Positions 48,628-59,199 of a stretch of DNA of 64,000 nucleotides are shown piece by piece. This DNA comes from Hyphomicrobiales bacterium. GTDB lineage: Bacteria > Pseudomonadota > Alphaproteobacteria > Rhizobiales > Aestuariivirgaceae. Under the pieces are notes generated by a model that saw only the letters and a list, made by a program, of their open reading frames with translations, was not told the DNA's origin and ran no database searches. A program made the position numbers and the translations under genes. The stretch lies in the NCBI GenBank assembly GCA_031431295.1, contig JANPDD010000153.1:8151-72150 (forward strand), read 5' to 3'. Positions within the stretch are counted from its first letter, which is position 1, and each line of letters opens with the position of its first letter.

Positions 48628-49508
48628 TGCCAGGTTTGCAATCCGGTTTGGAGCCTGGCCCAAATCTTGGCCCGTTCAAGGCCGCCCTCGTGCAGATGCG
48701 TTCGGGCCGCGACATGGAGATCAATCTGGCTGCGGCGGCCGAATTGATCGGCCAGGCGGTGGCAGGTGGCGCGCAGTATGTGCAGACACCTGAGGTCAGC
48801 AACATCCTCGAACCTGACAAGGAAAGGCTGAAGGCCATCGCCAGGGCCGAAAGCGACGATGTCTACGTGCGCGGATTTGCAGGCTTGGCGCAACAGCACC
48901 GCATCTGGCTCCATGCCGGATCGCTGGCGCTCAAGGGCGAAGGTGGAAAACTTTGCAACCGCAGCCTGCTGTTTTCCCCGGAGGGAAAGATCGCCGCCCG
49001 CTACGACAAGATCCATCTCTTCGACATTGATCCGCCTTCGGGTGAGAGCCACCGGGAATCAAAGACCTACGCCGCAGGCACGGCAGCCGTTTGCGCCGCG
49101 ACATCCTTGGGAAATTTTGGTCTTGCCATCTGTTATGACGTGCGCTTTCCGATGCTGGCAAACGCCCTTGCCAATGGCGGTGCCATCATCATCACCTATC
49201 CTTCCGCCTTTACGGTGCCAACGGGCGAGGCCCACTGGCATGTGCTGCTCAGGGCGCGGGCCATTGAAACGGGCAGTTTCGTGCTGGCGGCAGCGCAAGG
49301 CGGCATGCATGAATGCGGCCTCGCCACCTATGGCCATTCGCTGGCGGTTTCCCCCTGGGGGGAGATCCTGGCGGAAGCCGGTGACGAACCCACGGTGGTG
49401 TTTGCCGATATTGATCCGGCCGAGTCTCTCGCCGTGCGCCGCCGCATTCCGGCCCTCGCGCATGCGCGATCCTTTGACTTGAAACCGGCTGCAATGATAG
49501 CTAGCTGA
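48624..49508 (+). CDS. Carbon-nitrogen hydrolase (Nit/nitrilase superfamily)
   Basis: 294 aa. KAALVQM, YDKIHLFD, ICYDVRFP (catalytic Cys) motifs. The start may be a few codons downstream. Confidence 0.88.
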   Translation: MMPGLQSGLEPGPNLGPFKAALVQMRSGRDMEINLAAAAELIGQAVAGGAQYVQTPEVSNILEPDKERLKAIARAESDDVYVRGFAGLAQQHRIWLHAGSLALKGEGGKLCNRSLLFSPEGKIAARYDKIHLFDIDPPSGESHRESKTYAAGTAAVCAATSLGNFGLAICYDVRFPMLANALANGGAIIITYPSAFTVPTGEAHWHVLLRARAIETGSFVLAAAQGGMHECGLATYGHSLAVSPWGEILAEAGDEPTVVFADIDPAESLAVRRRIPALAHARSFDLKPAAMIAS

Positions 49509-49513
49509 GCCCC

Positions 49514-49957
49514 ATGATCCGCTATGATCTCATTTGCGAGAAAGGCCATGAGTTTGATGGCTGGTTCTCGGATTCGGGCGCCTATGAGAAACAGGCCAGG
49601 CGCGGCTTTGTCGAGTGCGCACATTGTGGTTCCAAAAAGATTGCAAAGCAGGTGATGGCCCCCAATGTGGGTGCAAAATCAAACCGCAAATCAGCACCCA
49701 GCCAGCAGATGGTGGCGGGACCCGTTGACCCCCGCATGCAGGCGATGATGGCGATGATGCGTGAAATGCGCGCCCATGTGGAGAAGAACGCTGAGCATGT
49801 GGGCGACAGCTTCGCCAAAGAAGCCCGCAAAATTCACTACGGCGAAACCGAGGAGCGCGGCATCTACGGCAACGCCACGCGCGACGAGGCGGTTGAACTG
49901 ATCGAAGAAGGGATCGAGGTGCATCCCCTGCCGCGCCTGCCGGAGGACGGGAATTGA
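49514..49957 (+). CDS. DUF1178 zinc-ribbon protein
   Basis: 147 aa. MIRYDLICEKGHEFDGWF...CAHCGS is typical of DUF1178. Confidence 0.8.
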   Translation: MIRYDLICEKGHEFDGWFSDSGAYEKQARRGFVECAHCGSKKIAKQVMAPNVGAKSNRKSAPSQQMVAGPVDPRMQAMMAMMREMRAHVEKNAEHVGDSFAKEARKIHYGETEERGIYGNATRDEAVELIEEGIEVHPLPRLPEDGN

Positions 49958-49961
49958 ATGT

Positions 49962-49980
49962 GGTAGCAATTCTTGCTACC
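49962..49980. promoter_or_regulatory. Perfect palindrome upstream of parD (candidate operator)
   Basis: ggtagcaa-ttc-ttgctacc, 9 nt before the parD ATG. Confidence 0.6.
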
Positions 49981-49988
49981 ATGCTCCC

Positions 49989-50270
49989 ATGAGCAACGTC
50001 GAAAAAATTTCGGTCGCCCTTCCGAAAACCATGACCAAATTCCTGAAGCGGGCTGTTTCGGGCGGGCGATACGCTTCCACCAGCGAAGTGGTGCGAGAAG
50101 CGCTTCGCGACTGGCAGGAAAAACAGGAAGCTCCACCGCTGTCGCTCGAGGATCTGCAGCGTCTTTGGCAGAAAGGTGTTGATAGCGGGCCGGGCAAATT
50201 TGGCTCTTTTGACGCCGTGCTTGCAGAGGCAAAACGCCGCGTGGCTTCGCGCAAGGCCGGCGCGGTGTGA
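49989..50270 (+). CDS. parD: ParD/CopG-type ribbon-helix-helix antitoxin
   Basis: 93 aa. ISVALPKTMTKFLKRAVSGGRYASTSEVVREALRDWQ RHH signature. Confidence 0.85.
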   Translation: MSNVEKISVALPKTMTKFLKRAVSGGRYASTSEVVREALRDWQEKQEAPPLSLEDLQRLWQKGVDSGPGKFGSFDAVLAEAKRRVASRKAGAV

Positions 50271-50566
50271 AGCGCTACGGCGTCAAACTTTCAGACGCTG
50301 CCGAGAATGATCTGATCAAGCTCTATGAGTGGGTCCATGACGCGGCAGGCGAGGCCGTCGCTGATCGATTCTATGGACGCTTGCGGCAGGCAGCCGAGTC
50401 CCTTCAATACTTCCCGGAACGCGGCGTGTTGCGTGAAATCATCGCGCCGGGTGTGCGCCTGTTGATCGTTGGCAATCATGTGATTCTTTATCGGGTTGAA
50501 GAAAGCGCTGTGGACGTAAAGCGCGTGGTGCACGGCTCGGTGGATTTGACCAAACTGTTCAGATGA
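50267..50566 (+). CDS. parE: ParE/RelE-family toxin
   Basis: 99 aa. 4-nt overlap with par[13 protein letters not shown]...YFPERG...[19 protein letters not shown] is a typical ParE pattern. Confidence 0.85.
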   Translation: MKRYGVKLSDAAENDLIKLYEWVHDAAGEAVADRFYGRLRQAAESLQYFPERGVLREIIAPGVRLLIVGNHVILYRVEESAVDVKRVVHGSVDLTKLFR

Positions 50567-51314
50567 TCCGCTCCGCCACCACCATGTAATTCACACCCAT
50601 ATCGCGGGAGCGGCGCCATTCGCCGGCAAGCGGGTGATAGGCGATGCCGGTTTCAGCGACGACATTTGTGCCGCCTGCTGTGAGCCAGGACTTCAACTCT
50701 TCCGGAGTCACAAATTTTTCCCATTGGTGGGTGCCTTTCGGCAGCCACCCCAAAACATATTCCGCACCGACGATGGCGAGGGCAAAGCTCTTCCCCGTGC
50801 GGTTGAGGGTGGCGACGATCATGAGGCCACTGGGTTTGAGCATGGAACAACAGGTTGCTGCGAAAGACGCAGGGTCGGCCACATGCTCGATCACTTCCAT
50901 GTTGAGGATCACGTCGAATTTTTCGCCTGCTGATGCCAGGGCCTCGGCGGTGCCCACGCGGTAGTCGATCCCCAGTGCCATCTCGGCGGCATGGACAGTG
51001 GCGGTCTTGATGTTTTTTTCGGATGGATCAACGCCGACGACTGTGGCCCCCAGCCTGGCCATGGGTTCGCACAAGAGGCCGCCGCCGCAGCCGATATCGA
51101 GAAAGCGCAGGCCTTCAAAAGGGCGGCGCACAAGGGGATCACGGGCAAGCCGCGCCGTCACCTGGTCCTTGATGTAGTCGAGGCGCACGGGATTGAAGAC
51201 GTGCAGCACGCCCATCCTGCCCTTGGGATTCCACCATTCAGCGGCCAGTTTTGAGAATTTTTCGACTTCTGCCGGATCAAGGCTGGATGGCACTGTGGCT
51301 GTATCGATTGTCAT
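50559..51314 (-). CDS. ubiG: Ubiquinone biosynthesis O-methyltransferase
   Basis: 251 aa. [21 protein letters not shown] and [13 protein letters not shown] motif. Its 3' end overlaps the parE 3' end by 8 nt. Confidence 0.93.
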   Translation of the reverse strand: MTIDTATVPSSLDPAEVEKFSKLAAEWWNPKGRMGVLHVFNPVRLDYIKDQVTARLARDPLVRRPFEGLRFLDIGCGGGLLCEPMARLGATVVGVDPSEKNIKTATVHAAEMALGIDYRVGTAEALASAGEKFDVILNMEVIEHVADPASFAATCCSMLKPSGLMIVATLNRTGKSFALAIVGAEYVLGWLPKGTHQWEKFVTPEELKSWLTAGGTNVVAETGIAYHPLAGEWRRSRDMGVNYMVVAERII

Positions 51315-51486
51315 GTCCCGCTCCTACCACATTTTCTGCCTGCTCATGTTGCATCGCTTTGCCGCGTCCACTATGAACCGCTCCAACGCCTCCGGGGATT
51401 CCCATTCAGCCCTTACAACTGGCCGAAATCATTGATGATTTCCGGGCGCACCGAGATTTAGGGACGACAAAAGGATTCTGGGGCCC

Positions 51487-52740
51487 ATGGGCCGTTTGGT
51501 AATGAAGTTTGGCGGCACGTCGGTTGCGGATATCGAGCGCATCCGCAATGTGGCGCGCCATGTGGAACGGGAAGTGAAGGCCGGAAACCAGGTGGCTGTG
51601 GTTGTGTCCGCCATGTCAGGAACCACCAACCAACTGGTGGATTGGTGCCGCCAGGCCGCTGCCGTGCATGACGCCCGTGAGTATGATGCGGTCGTTTCTA
51701 CCGGCGAGCAGATCACGGCAGGGCTTCTCGCCATTGTGTTGCAGGACATGGGCATTCCGGCGCGCTCCTGGGCCGGCTGGCAGATTCCGATCGAGACCGA
51801 TGGCGTGCATGGTTCGGCGCGGATGACGGAGATCAACGGCGACGAAATCATCCGCCGCATGGAGCAGGGCCAGGTGGCTGTGGTGACCGGTTTTCAGGGG
51901 CTCGGGCCGGACAAGCGGGTTTCGACCCTGGGGCGCGGCGGTTCTGACACATCGGCCGTTGCCATGGCGGCGGCCCTGCAGGCGGCCTGCGACATCTATA
52001 CCGATGTGGATGGCGTCTATACGGCTGATCCGCGCATTGTTTCGGCGGCCCACAAGCTTGACCGCATCTCCTATGAGGAAATGCTGGAACTGGCGTCCTT
52101 GGGTGCCAAGGTGCTGCAGACCCGCTCCGTTGAATTGGCCATGGTTTACAAGGTGCCGTTGCAGGTGCGCTCGTCCTTCGAGGCCCCCGACAGCCCGAAC
52201 CAGAACAAGCCCGATGGCACGGGTCCTGGAACAATCGTATGTGAAGAGGACAAGATCGTGGAACAGCATGTTGTCAGCGGTATCGCCTATTCCCGTGACG
52301 AGGCGAAGGTTTCAATCCGCCATGTGAAGGACCTGCCCGGAGTTTCGGCCGCCATTTTCGGGCCGTTGGCGGAAGCCGATATCAGCGTCGACATGATCGT
52401 GCAGAATGTCTCGTCTGATGGTGCTTTCGCAGACATCACCTTCACGCTGGCGCGCAAGGATTTGCGCAAGGCCATCGACGTCATCAATTCCATGAGAGAC
52501 AGGGTGGGCTTTGAGGACGTGGTTCATTCGGCTGATGTGGCCAAGGTTTCGGTCGTTGGCATCGGCATGAGGAGCCATGCCGGCGTTGCCGCCCGGATGT
52601 TCAAGTCACTGGCCGACAAGGGCATCAATATCCAGGCCATCACCACCTCGGAAATCAAGGTCTCGGTGCTGATCGACGAGGCCTATACTGAACTTGCGGT
52701 TCGGGCCTTGCATCAGGCTTATGGATTGGACAAGAAGTAG
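51487..52740 (+). CDS. lysC: Aspartate kinase
   Basis: 417 aa. VMKFGGTSV, VVVSAMSGTTN, and two C-terminal ACT domains. Confidence 0.95.
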   Translation: MGRLVMKFGGTSVADIERIRNVARHVEREVKAGNQVAVVVSAMSGTTNQLVDWCRQAAAVHDAREYDAVVSTGEQITAGLLAIVLQDMGIPARSWAGWQIPIETDGVHGSARMTEINGDEIIRRMEQGQVAVVTGFQGLGPDKRVSTLGRGGSDTSAVAMAAALQAACDIYTDVDGVYTADPRIVSAAHKLDRISYEEMLELASLGAKVLQTRSVELAMVYKVPLQVRSSFEAPDSPNQNKPDGTGPGTIVCEEDKIVEQHVVSGIAYSRDEAKVSIRHVKDLPGVSAAIFGPLAEADISVDMIVQNVSSDGAFADITFTLARKDLRKAIDVINSMRDRVGFEDVVHSADVAKVSVVGIGMRSHAGVAARMFKSLADKGINIQAITTSEIKVSVLIDEAYTELAVRALHQAYGLDKK

Positions 52741-52791
52741 GTTGATGTCTGTCATGCATTTTCCCTCATCCGTCCGCTCAGTGCGCGGCCA

Positions 52792-52814
52792 CCTTCTCCC
52801 GCACGGGGAGAAGG
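52792..52814 (+). terminator. GC-rich stem-loop after lysC (REP-like; lacks a T-run)
   Basis: ccttctccc-gcacg-gggagaagg, embedded in the ccctcatccgtccgctcagtgcgcggccacc context typical of Rhizobiales intergenic repeats. Confidence 0.5.
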
Positions 52815-52869
52815 ATCGTGTAGCCGTTGCCATTTATCTGCGCCACAAACGCCCCTAAGGACACGTTCC

Positions 52870-55134
52870 ATGCCCAGTGCCACACTCGGCCCGCGTGTCC
52901 TCCTCAGACGGCTCCGGGAAGTGATGGCGGAGCCGGAGACAGCACAGGCCAAACTTGACAAGATCGTGATGATCATCGCCGCCAACATGGTGGCGGAGGT
53001 GTGCTCGATCTATGTCATGCGGCCGGGTGACGTGCTTGAGCTTTATGCCTCGGAAGGCCTCAAAGCCGAGGCCGTCCACAAGTCCAAGCTCAAGTCAGGT
53101 GAGGGTCTCGTTGGCATCATCGCCGAACAGGCGATCGGCCTCAATCTCGCTGACGCGCAACACCATCCCGCCTTCAAATACCTGCCGGAAACGGGCGAGG
53201 AGATTTACCAGTCCTTCCTCGGTGTGCCGGTCATGCGCGGCGGTTCGGTCATCGGTGTGCTGGTCGTGCAAAACCGCACACAGCGCCACTATTCCGAAGA
53301 AGAAGAAGAGGCCCTGCAACTCACCGCCACGGTGCTGGCGGAAATCATTGCCTCGGGCGAGCTCAAGGAAGTGGCGCGCGAGACGGCACTCGATGTGGCG
53401 CATTTGCGCAGCCACAACCTGCGTTTCGAAACCCTGGCCGAAGGCATTGCGCTGGGCAATGTGGTGTTGCACGAACCGCGCGTCGATATCCGCAACCTGA
53501 TCGCCGAAAGCATTCCCCTTGAGCTGACGCGGCTCGAGGACGGCGTGAAGCGGCTGAGGGCGCAGGTCGATGAACTGCTGGACGGATCGGAAGCCATGCG
53601 GGCCACGGACTATTCCGATGTGCTTGAGACCATCCGCATGTTTGCCCATGACAAGGGCTGGATCGGGCGCCTGCGGGATGCCGTGCAGACGGGCCTGACG
53701 GCGGAAGCGGCCGTTGAGCGCGTGCAGAATGAAAACCGCGCCCGCATGATGCGCATCCAGGATGAGTATTTGCGCGAGCGCATGCATGACCTGGATGACC
53801 TGTCGAACCGTCTGCTGCGCATCCTGACGGGTGCTGCGGCAACAGCATCGCGTACCGACCTGCCGGAAAATTCCATCATCGTCGCCCGCAACATGGGGCC
53901 TGCGGAATTGCTCGACTATGACCGCAGCAAGGTTCGCGGTGTCATTCTTGAGGAGGGTGGCAAGACCAGCCATGTGGCCATCGTGGCGCGCGCCCTGGGC
54001 ATTCCCGCCGTTGGCCTGGCGGCGGGACTCATTGATCTTGTTGATCCCGGCCATGACATTATCGTCGATGGAGGTACTGGCGAAGTCTTCGTGCGGCCCA
54101 ATCCGGAACTGCAGCGGGCCTATGCGGAAAAGGTGCGGTTCTACGCCCGCAAGCAGGCACAGTTTGCGGCCTTGCGGGACCTTCCCGCCGTCACAAAGGA
54201 TGGCCAGGACATAGAGCTCAACATCAATGCAGGACTCATCGTCGACCTGCCACACTTGCAAGATTCAGGTGCCGCGGGCGTTGGCCTCTACCGCACCGAG
54301 CTGCAGTTCATGATGGCGCAGCGTTTCCCGCGCCTGTCCTCACAGGTCCGCCACTATGCGCAAATCCTGGAACAGGCCAATGGCAAGCCGGTGGTGTTTC
54401 GCACCCTCGATATCGGGGCGGACAAAACGCTGCCCTATTTGCGCCAGCCGCGCGAGGAAAATCCGGCACTGGGCTGGCGCTCGATCCGTATGGCGCTCGA
54501 CAGGCCGGCGCTGTTGAACCTGCAGATCAGGGCCATGCTGGTGGCAGGCGAGGGCCAGGACGTGCGCATCATGTTTCCCATGATTGCCGACGTGGATGAA
54601 TATCTGCAGGCCAAGGCGGTGGTCGACAAGGAATTTGCCCTGCTCAAGGCACGCAAACACAAGATGCCGCGCAGCCTCAGTCTCGGCGTGATGATCGAAA
54701 TCCCGTCGCTCATTTGGCAACTGGACCATCTCTTGCCGCTGGTGGACTTTGCCTCCATCGGCTCCAACGATTTGGTGCAGTTCCTCTTTGCCTCGGACCG
54801 TGGAAACCCCAAGCTCGCGGGGCGCTATGATCCCTTGTCGCCGTCGGCCCTGTCAGCCATGCGCTTGATTGTGGAAAAAGGCATCCAGCACGGCAAGAAG
54901 GTGACGCTCTGCGGTGAACTGGGCGGGCGTCCGCTGGAGGCGATGGGGCTCGTCGGCATTGGCATGAATTCCATGAGCATGGTGCCATCGGGCATTGGCC
55001 CGGTGAAGGCCATGATCCGATCACTCGACCAGAAAAAACTCTGGGCCTTCATGGAGCCGATGCTGCGCTCGGCCCGCCATTCGCTGCGCGCCGACCTTCT
55101 GGAATTCGCCAACAGGAATGGGGTGGTGATTTGA
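52870..55134 (+). CDS. ptsP: Phosphoenolpyruvate-protein phosphotransferase PtsP (EI-Ntr, GAF + EI domains)
   Basis: 754 aa. N-terminal GAF domain. EI motifs GGKTSHVAIVARALGIP and FASIGSNDLVQF. Confidence 0.94.
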   Translation: MPSATLGPRVLLRRLREVMAEPETAQAKLDKIVMIIAANMVAEVCSIYVMRPGDVLELYASEGLKAEAVHKSKLKSGEGLVGIIAEQAIGLNLADAQHHPAFKYLPETGEEIYQSFLGVPVMRGGSVIGVLVVQNRTQRHYSEEEEEALQLTATVLAEIIASGELKEVARETALDVAHLRSHNLRFETLAEGIALGNVVLHEPRVDIRNLIAESIPLELTRLEDGVKRLRAQVDELLDGSEAMRATDYSDVLETIRMFAHDKGWIGRLRDAVQTGLTAEAAVERVQNENRARMMRIQDEYLRERMHDLDDLSNRLLRILTGAAATASRTDLPENSIIVARNMGPAELLDYDRSKVRGVILEEGGKTSHVAIVARALGIPAVGLAAGLIDLVDPGHDIIVDGGTGEVFVRPNPELQRAYAEKVRFYARKQAQFAALRDLPAVTKDGQDIELNINAGLIVDLPHLQDSGAAGVGLYRTELQFMMAQRFPRLSSQVRHYAQILEQANGKPVVFRTLDIGADKTLPYLRQPREENPALGWRSIRMALDRPALLNLQIRAMLVAGEGQDVRIMFPMIADVDEYLQAKAVVDKEFALLKARKHKMPRSLSLGVMIEIPSLIWQLDHLLPLVDFASIGSNDLVQFLFASDRGNPKLAGRYDPLSPSALSAMRLIVEKGIQHGKKVTLCGELGGRPLEAMGLVGIGMNSMSMVPSGIGPVKAMIRSLDQKKLWAFMEPMLRSARHSLRADLLEFANRNGVVI

Positions 55135-55146
55135 TTTCCGGGTCAG

Positions 55147-55575
55147 TCAAAGCGGCAGCTTGCCCTTCACATGGGCGTAGATGAAATCGTTGGTCTGGCG
55201 CGTGTAGTCATGCACCAGTTCCGCAACGATGAGCTTGTGGGTTTCGGCACCCAGCGCCTTGCGCAACAATCCGAGGGCCGATGCGGGGGCGACCAGGACC
55301 AGTCGGTCGAATTCCTTGCGCGCCGTTCCCGTCTCCAGTGTCTCTGCCAGGGCATAGAGAAACCTGTCTTCGTCACGCCGTTCCTGCGTTGGTTTGAAGA
55401 CAGGTGTGTGGTGCACGCCCGCCGCCAGTTCAGACCGGTGGTGGGCGAGGTGCGGATCGTGTTTGCCGGCAAGCGGCAGTTCGCTCACACCTTCATCGCG
55501 GTGTGCATTGAGCAGGATGCGGGCGTGCCCGCCGTCTGCCACCACAATCCAGGTCTTGCGGGTTTCATCTCTCAT
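55147..55575 (-). CDS. Host-attachment family protein
   Basis: Start at MRDETRKTWIVVADGGHARILLN within track ORF 55147-55644. The pattern matches my recollection of the Host_attach family. Confidence 0.7.
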   Translation of the reverse strand: MRDETRKTWIVVADGGHARILLNAHRDEGVSELPLAGKHDPHLAHHRSELAAGVHHTPVFKPTQERRDEDRFLYALAETLETGTARKEFDRLVLVAPASALGLLRKALGAETHKLIVAELVHDYTRQTNDFIYAHVKGKLPL

Positions 55576-55749
55576 TTGTGCTGCTCCATCATGACGACGG
55601 TCAGGATGCAGGGACGGAAGGGTCACTGCCTTGACCAGGATCAAGTGTGGTCCACGTTAGGGCAACATTCACCATTTATGTCCATTCTCAATGGTTGATT
55701 AGCAAAGGTTAACGGCGGTCCCTGGCCGCTGGGTTGAGGATTGTGTGTG

Positions 55750-56865
55750 ATGGACCAGCAGTATCGCGACGATTTCAGTGATGACGGCAAGACGGCCAAC
55801 GGCGGCAGCGCAAGGCAAGACCTGCGGCCAAAGCCCGACGGCATCACGGACCCGGCCGGCGAGGCGGGCTGGTATTTGGAGAGGGAGCGGCTTTCACGCG
55901 GGCTTTCATTTGAGGATGTTGCGCTTGCAACCGGCATTCATCCCTACCACGTGGAGGCCATCGAATTTGGTGACATGACGCGCATGCCACCGCGTCTTGA
56001 GGCGCTTGAGATGGTGGCAGCCTATGCCGATTTCTTGGGCTTTGATCCTGAGCCGCTGCTGCAGCACTATGTGAGCTTTCTGCCCCTGCCACAGGTGGCG
56101 CCGCGCCGCCATCCGGCCAATCCGGCCCCGATGATGAGTGCCAAGATCCTGCCGTTTGGCAAGTTTCCGAGAATTCCGGCACTCAACATGCGCTCCCTCA
56201 ATTTGCCCGCCATGCCCGGCGGCCGCAACGGCACCGTGGCTTCGATTGCCGCCGTGCTTCTGCTTTTGACCGGCGGCAGTTGGATGATGCTGGGGCCAGA
56301 CAATGCTGCGCCGGAGATTGAGATGCTGGCCGAGTCCGGTGATCCCATGCCCACCGCCACGACCGGACCGGAAGCGGCCGACATCCAGGTGACCGACAGC
56401 GCCCTGCCAGCCGCCAGTGACCCGATCGAGCTTCCTGTTGCCAGCGACAGTGACCGCGAAGCTGACCAGGCAGGCGACCTTGGTGCCTTTATTGCCGAAC
56501 AGGTGGGCGAGAGTGATCCGCAGCCTGTGGCGACCACCAGCAAGCCCGTTGAAATTGCGCGGGTTGATTCAGGCGGCGGGCGCATTTTTGGCGACAGTGA
56601 TCCAAATATCCGCGTGGTGCTGAAAGCCACCAAGGCCCTGTGGCTGCTGATCGAAGATGGCCAGGGCAACCGTGTGGCCACACAGATGCTGAACCCCGGT
56701 GACATCTATCGGGTTCCCAACCGCGACGGCCTTGTGGCCATAGCCCAGGATGGCGGATCGCTTGTCTATCTGGTTGATGGCGTGGAAAAAGGCGTGCTTG
56801 GCCATCCGGGCGCACTGCTCGCAGCCGAACCGCTGGACGCCAAGATCCTTGAAGCAAAGGGTTAA
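55750..56865 (+). CDS. RodZ-like protein (HTH + TM + DUF4115)
   Basis: MDQQYRDDF... HTH LSRGLSFEDVALATGIHPYHVEAIEFGD. TM segment VASIAAVLLLLTGGSWMML. C-terminal DUF4115-like VVLKATKALWLLIEDGQGN. Confidence 0.8.
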   Translation: MDQQYRDDFSDDGKTANGGSARQDLRPKPDGITDPAGEAGWYLERERLSRGLSFEDVALATGIHPYHVEAIEFGDMTRMPPRLEALEMVAAYADFLGFDPEPLLQHYVSFLPLPQVAPRRHPANPAPMMSAKILPFGKFPRIPALNMRSLNLPAMPGGRNGTVASIAAVLLLLTGGSWMMLGPDNAAPEIEMLAESGDPMPTATTGPEAADIQVTDSALPAASDPIELPVASDSDREADQAGDLGAFIAEQVGESDPQPVATTSKPVEIARVDSGGGRIFGDSDPNIRVVLKATKALWLLIEDGQGNRVATQMLNPGDIYRVPNRDGLVAIAQDGGSLVYLVDGVEKGVLGHPGALLAAEPLDAKILEAKG

Positions 56866-56874
56866 CCCAAGCTC

Positions 56875-56913
56875 AATCCGGTGCCAATCCGGCCCCAATC
56901 CGGCCCAATCCGG
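56875..56913. repeat. Four phased copies of AATCCGG
   Basis: Copies at 56875, 56886, 56897 and 56907 (spacing 11, 11, 10 nt), between the rodZ-like stop and the prfA start. Confidence 0.8.
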
Positions 56914-56952
56914 TTTGAACTGGACTGCAAAGACGCGTAAGAGGCGGCGCAC

Positions 56953-58029
56953 ATGGCCGCCCTTCCCGTCGAAAAACTTGACCGCATTATCGAACGTTTT
57001 GCCGCGATCGCGCACGGGCTGACAAGCGGTGCGACGGGCGAGGCCTTCGTCAGGCTTTCCAAGGACTATGCCGAAGTCGAACCTGCGGCAAAGGTGGCTC
57101 AGATGCTGCGCGATTCCTCTGCCGAAATGCAGGGGCTGGCGGAGTTGATCGCAGGCGGCGGCGAGCTTGCCGCCATGGCAGAGGCCGAAGCCCGCGCCCT
57201 TTCTGGCAGGATTGCAGCACTTGAGACCGAAATGCGCCTGATGCTGTTGCCCAAGGATGCCGCTGACGCGCGCAATGTCATTCTCGAAGTCCGCGCCGGA
57301 ACCGGCGGCGATGAAGCGGCAATCTTTGCGGGCGACCTGTTCCGCATGTACCAACGCTATGCGGCCTCGCAGGGCTGGCGCGTCGAGGTGATCTCGTCAA
57401 GCGACGGCGAGCATGGTGGCTACAAGGAAGTGATTGCCAACATTTTTGGTGCGGGCGCCTATGCCAAGATGAAATTCGAATCCGGTGTGCACCGGGTGCA
57501 GCGCGTGCCAGACACCGAAACGCAAGGCCGCATCCACACCTCTGCCGCCACGGTGGCGGTTTTGCCGGAGGCCGAGGAAGTCGACATCAAGATCGAGGAC
57601 AAGGATCTGCGCATTGACGTCTACCGGTCATCGGGTCCGGGCGGCCAGTCGGTGAACACGACGGACAGCGCCGTGCGCGTCACCCATCTTCCGACCGGCC
57701 TTGCCGTGGCGCAGCAGACGGAAAAATCGCAACTCAAGAACAAGAACATGGCGATGAAGCTGTTGAGGGCCAGACTCTACGAGCGCGAGCGTGAACGCAT
57801 TGATTCAGAGCGCAGTGCTGCGCGCAAAGGGCAGGTGGGTTCGGGGGACCGCTCGGAACGCATCCGGACCTATAATTTTCCGCAGGGGCGGCTCACCGAC
57901 CATCGCATCAACCTGACGCTCTACAAGCTGCCGGAAATCATCGAGGGACCGGCCCTGGAGGAAGTGATTTCCGCCCTGATTTCGCACCGGCAGGCGGAAC
58001 TTCTGGCTGAGCAAGATGCCGGGCGTTAA
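56953..58029 (+). CDS. prfA: Peptide chain release factor 1
   Basis: 358 aa. PET-type recognition region [13 protein letters not shown] and [11 protein letters not shown] (GGQ). Confidence 0.96.
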   Translation: MAALPVEKLDRIIERFAAIAHGLTSGATGEAFVRLSKDYAEVEPAAKVAQMLRDSSAEMQGLAELIAGGGELAAMAEAEARALSGRIAALETEMRLMLLPKDAADARNVILEVRAGTGGDEAAIFAGDLFRMYQRYAASQGWRVEVISSSDGEHGGYKEVIANIFGAGAYAKMKFESGVHRVQRVPDTETQGRIHTSAATVAVLPEAEEVDIKIEDKDLRIDVYRSSGPGGQSVNTTDSAVRVTHLPTGLAVAQQTEKSQLKNKNMAMKLLRARLYERERERIDSERSAARKGQVGSGDRSERIRTYNFPQGRLTDHRINLTLYKLPEIIEGPALEEVISALISHRQAELLAEQDAGR

Positions 58030-58876
58030 CACCTACGGCGAGGCCTTGGCGACCGGTCGCCAGCTCCTGGAAAAAATGGGCATCGAAACCGCGGCACTTG
58101 ATGCGAGGCTGCTGCTGCGGGCTGCGACCGGCCTTGAACATGCCGACCTGATCTTGCACCTGGAGCAAACTGCAAGCCCCATGGAAATCAACCAGTACAA
58201 TGGCTGGCTCGTGCGGCGGGCGCGCTTTGAACCCGTCTCGCGCATCATTGGCATGCGGGAATTCTATGGCCGGGAATTCAGCCTGTCGCCCGATGTGCTT
58301 GATCCCAGGCCCGACACTGAAACGCTTGTTGACCTTGTGCTCTCCCGTCATGGAGCCGAAACGGCACGCAACGTCATTGATCTGGGTTCCGGCAGCGGTG
58401 CCATCATCGTCACGCTGCTGGCGGAGCGGCCACTTTGGACCGGCACAGCCGTTGACATTTCCCGCAACGCGTTGGCGTTCACGTCCATCAACGCCAGGGA
58501 TCATGGTGTGGCAGAAAGGCTCACTTATTTTGCCGGTTCTTGGTTTGACGGTATCGCGGGCCTGTTTGATGTCATCGTTTCAAATCCACCCTACATCCGC
58601 AAGGCCGATATTGCGGGCCTGCCCATGGCTGTTCAGGGCTATGATCCGCATCTAGCGCTGGATGGCGGTGCTGATGGCCTTTCATGCCATCGTGCCATTG
58701 CCACTGGTGCTGCCAGGCACCTTGCGCCAAATGGCATGATCGCCGTGGAAATCGGTGCTGGCCAGGAACCTGACGTGAGCGGCATTTTTGCAGCCCGGGG
58801 CCTTTCACTCGTTGAGAGTCGCCCTGATCTTGGCGGCCATGTACGGGGGCTCGCCTTTAGGGCATCTTTAGGCTGA
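58016..58876 (+). CDS. prmC: Release-factor glutamine N5-methyltransferase
   Basis: 286 aa. [13 protein letters not shown] motif and VSNPPYI catalytic motif. Overlaps the prfA end. Confidence 0.92.
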   Translation: MPGVNTYGEALATGRQLLEKMGIETAALDARLLLRAATGLEHADLILHLEQTASPMEINQYNGWLVRRARFEPVSRIIGMREFYGREFSLSPDVLDPRPDTETLVDLVLSRHGAETARNVIDLGSGSGAIIVTLLAERPLWTGTAVDISRNALAFTSINARDHGVAERLTYFAGSWFDGIAGLFDVIVSNPPYIRKADIAGLPMAVQGYDPHLALDGGADGLSCHRAIATGAARHLAPNGMIAVEIGAGQEPDVSGIFAARGLSLVESRPDLGGHVRGLAFRASLG

Positions 58877-59199
58877 TTTGCGGCCACAGAAATATTCATT
58901 GGAATCGGCCCGCATATGGGCTATCTGAACAGATGTAACCCCTGCCTTTTGCGAGTGTTCAGCCGAAAGCGCCGGGTTTTGCTCCCTAGACAAAAGCGAA
59001 ATCCGTCCCTCACGAATGTACAAGCAAGGCGATGAATGTGTCCCACCGGGGACACGTGCGACGGTGGCGGGGTGTGCAACCAGGACAATTTGATTGCTCG
59101 GTTTGATTGACCTTTGACTCGACACCATTCCCGTCTTGCGGTGCGCCCCACGTTCGCGTGGTCGGGTGCGTTTGCCTGATGCTTCCATAGGGACCCCAC

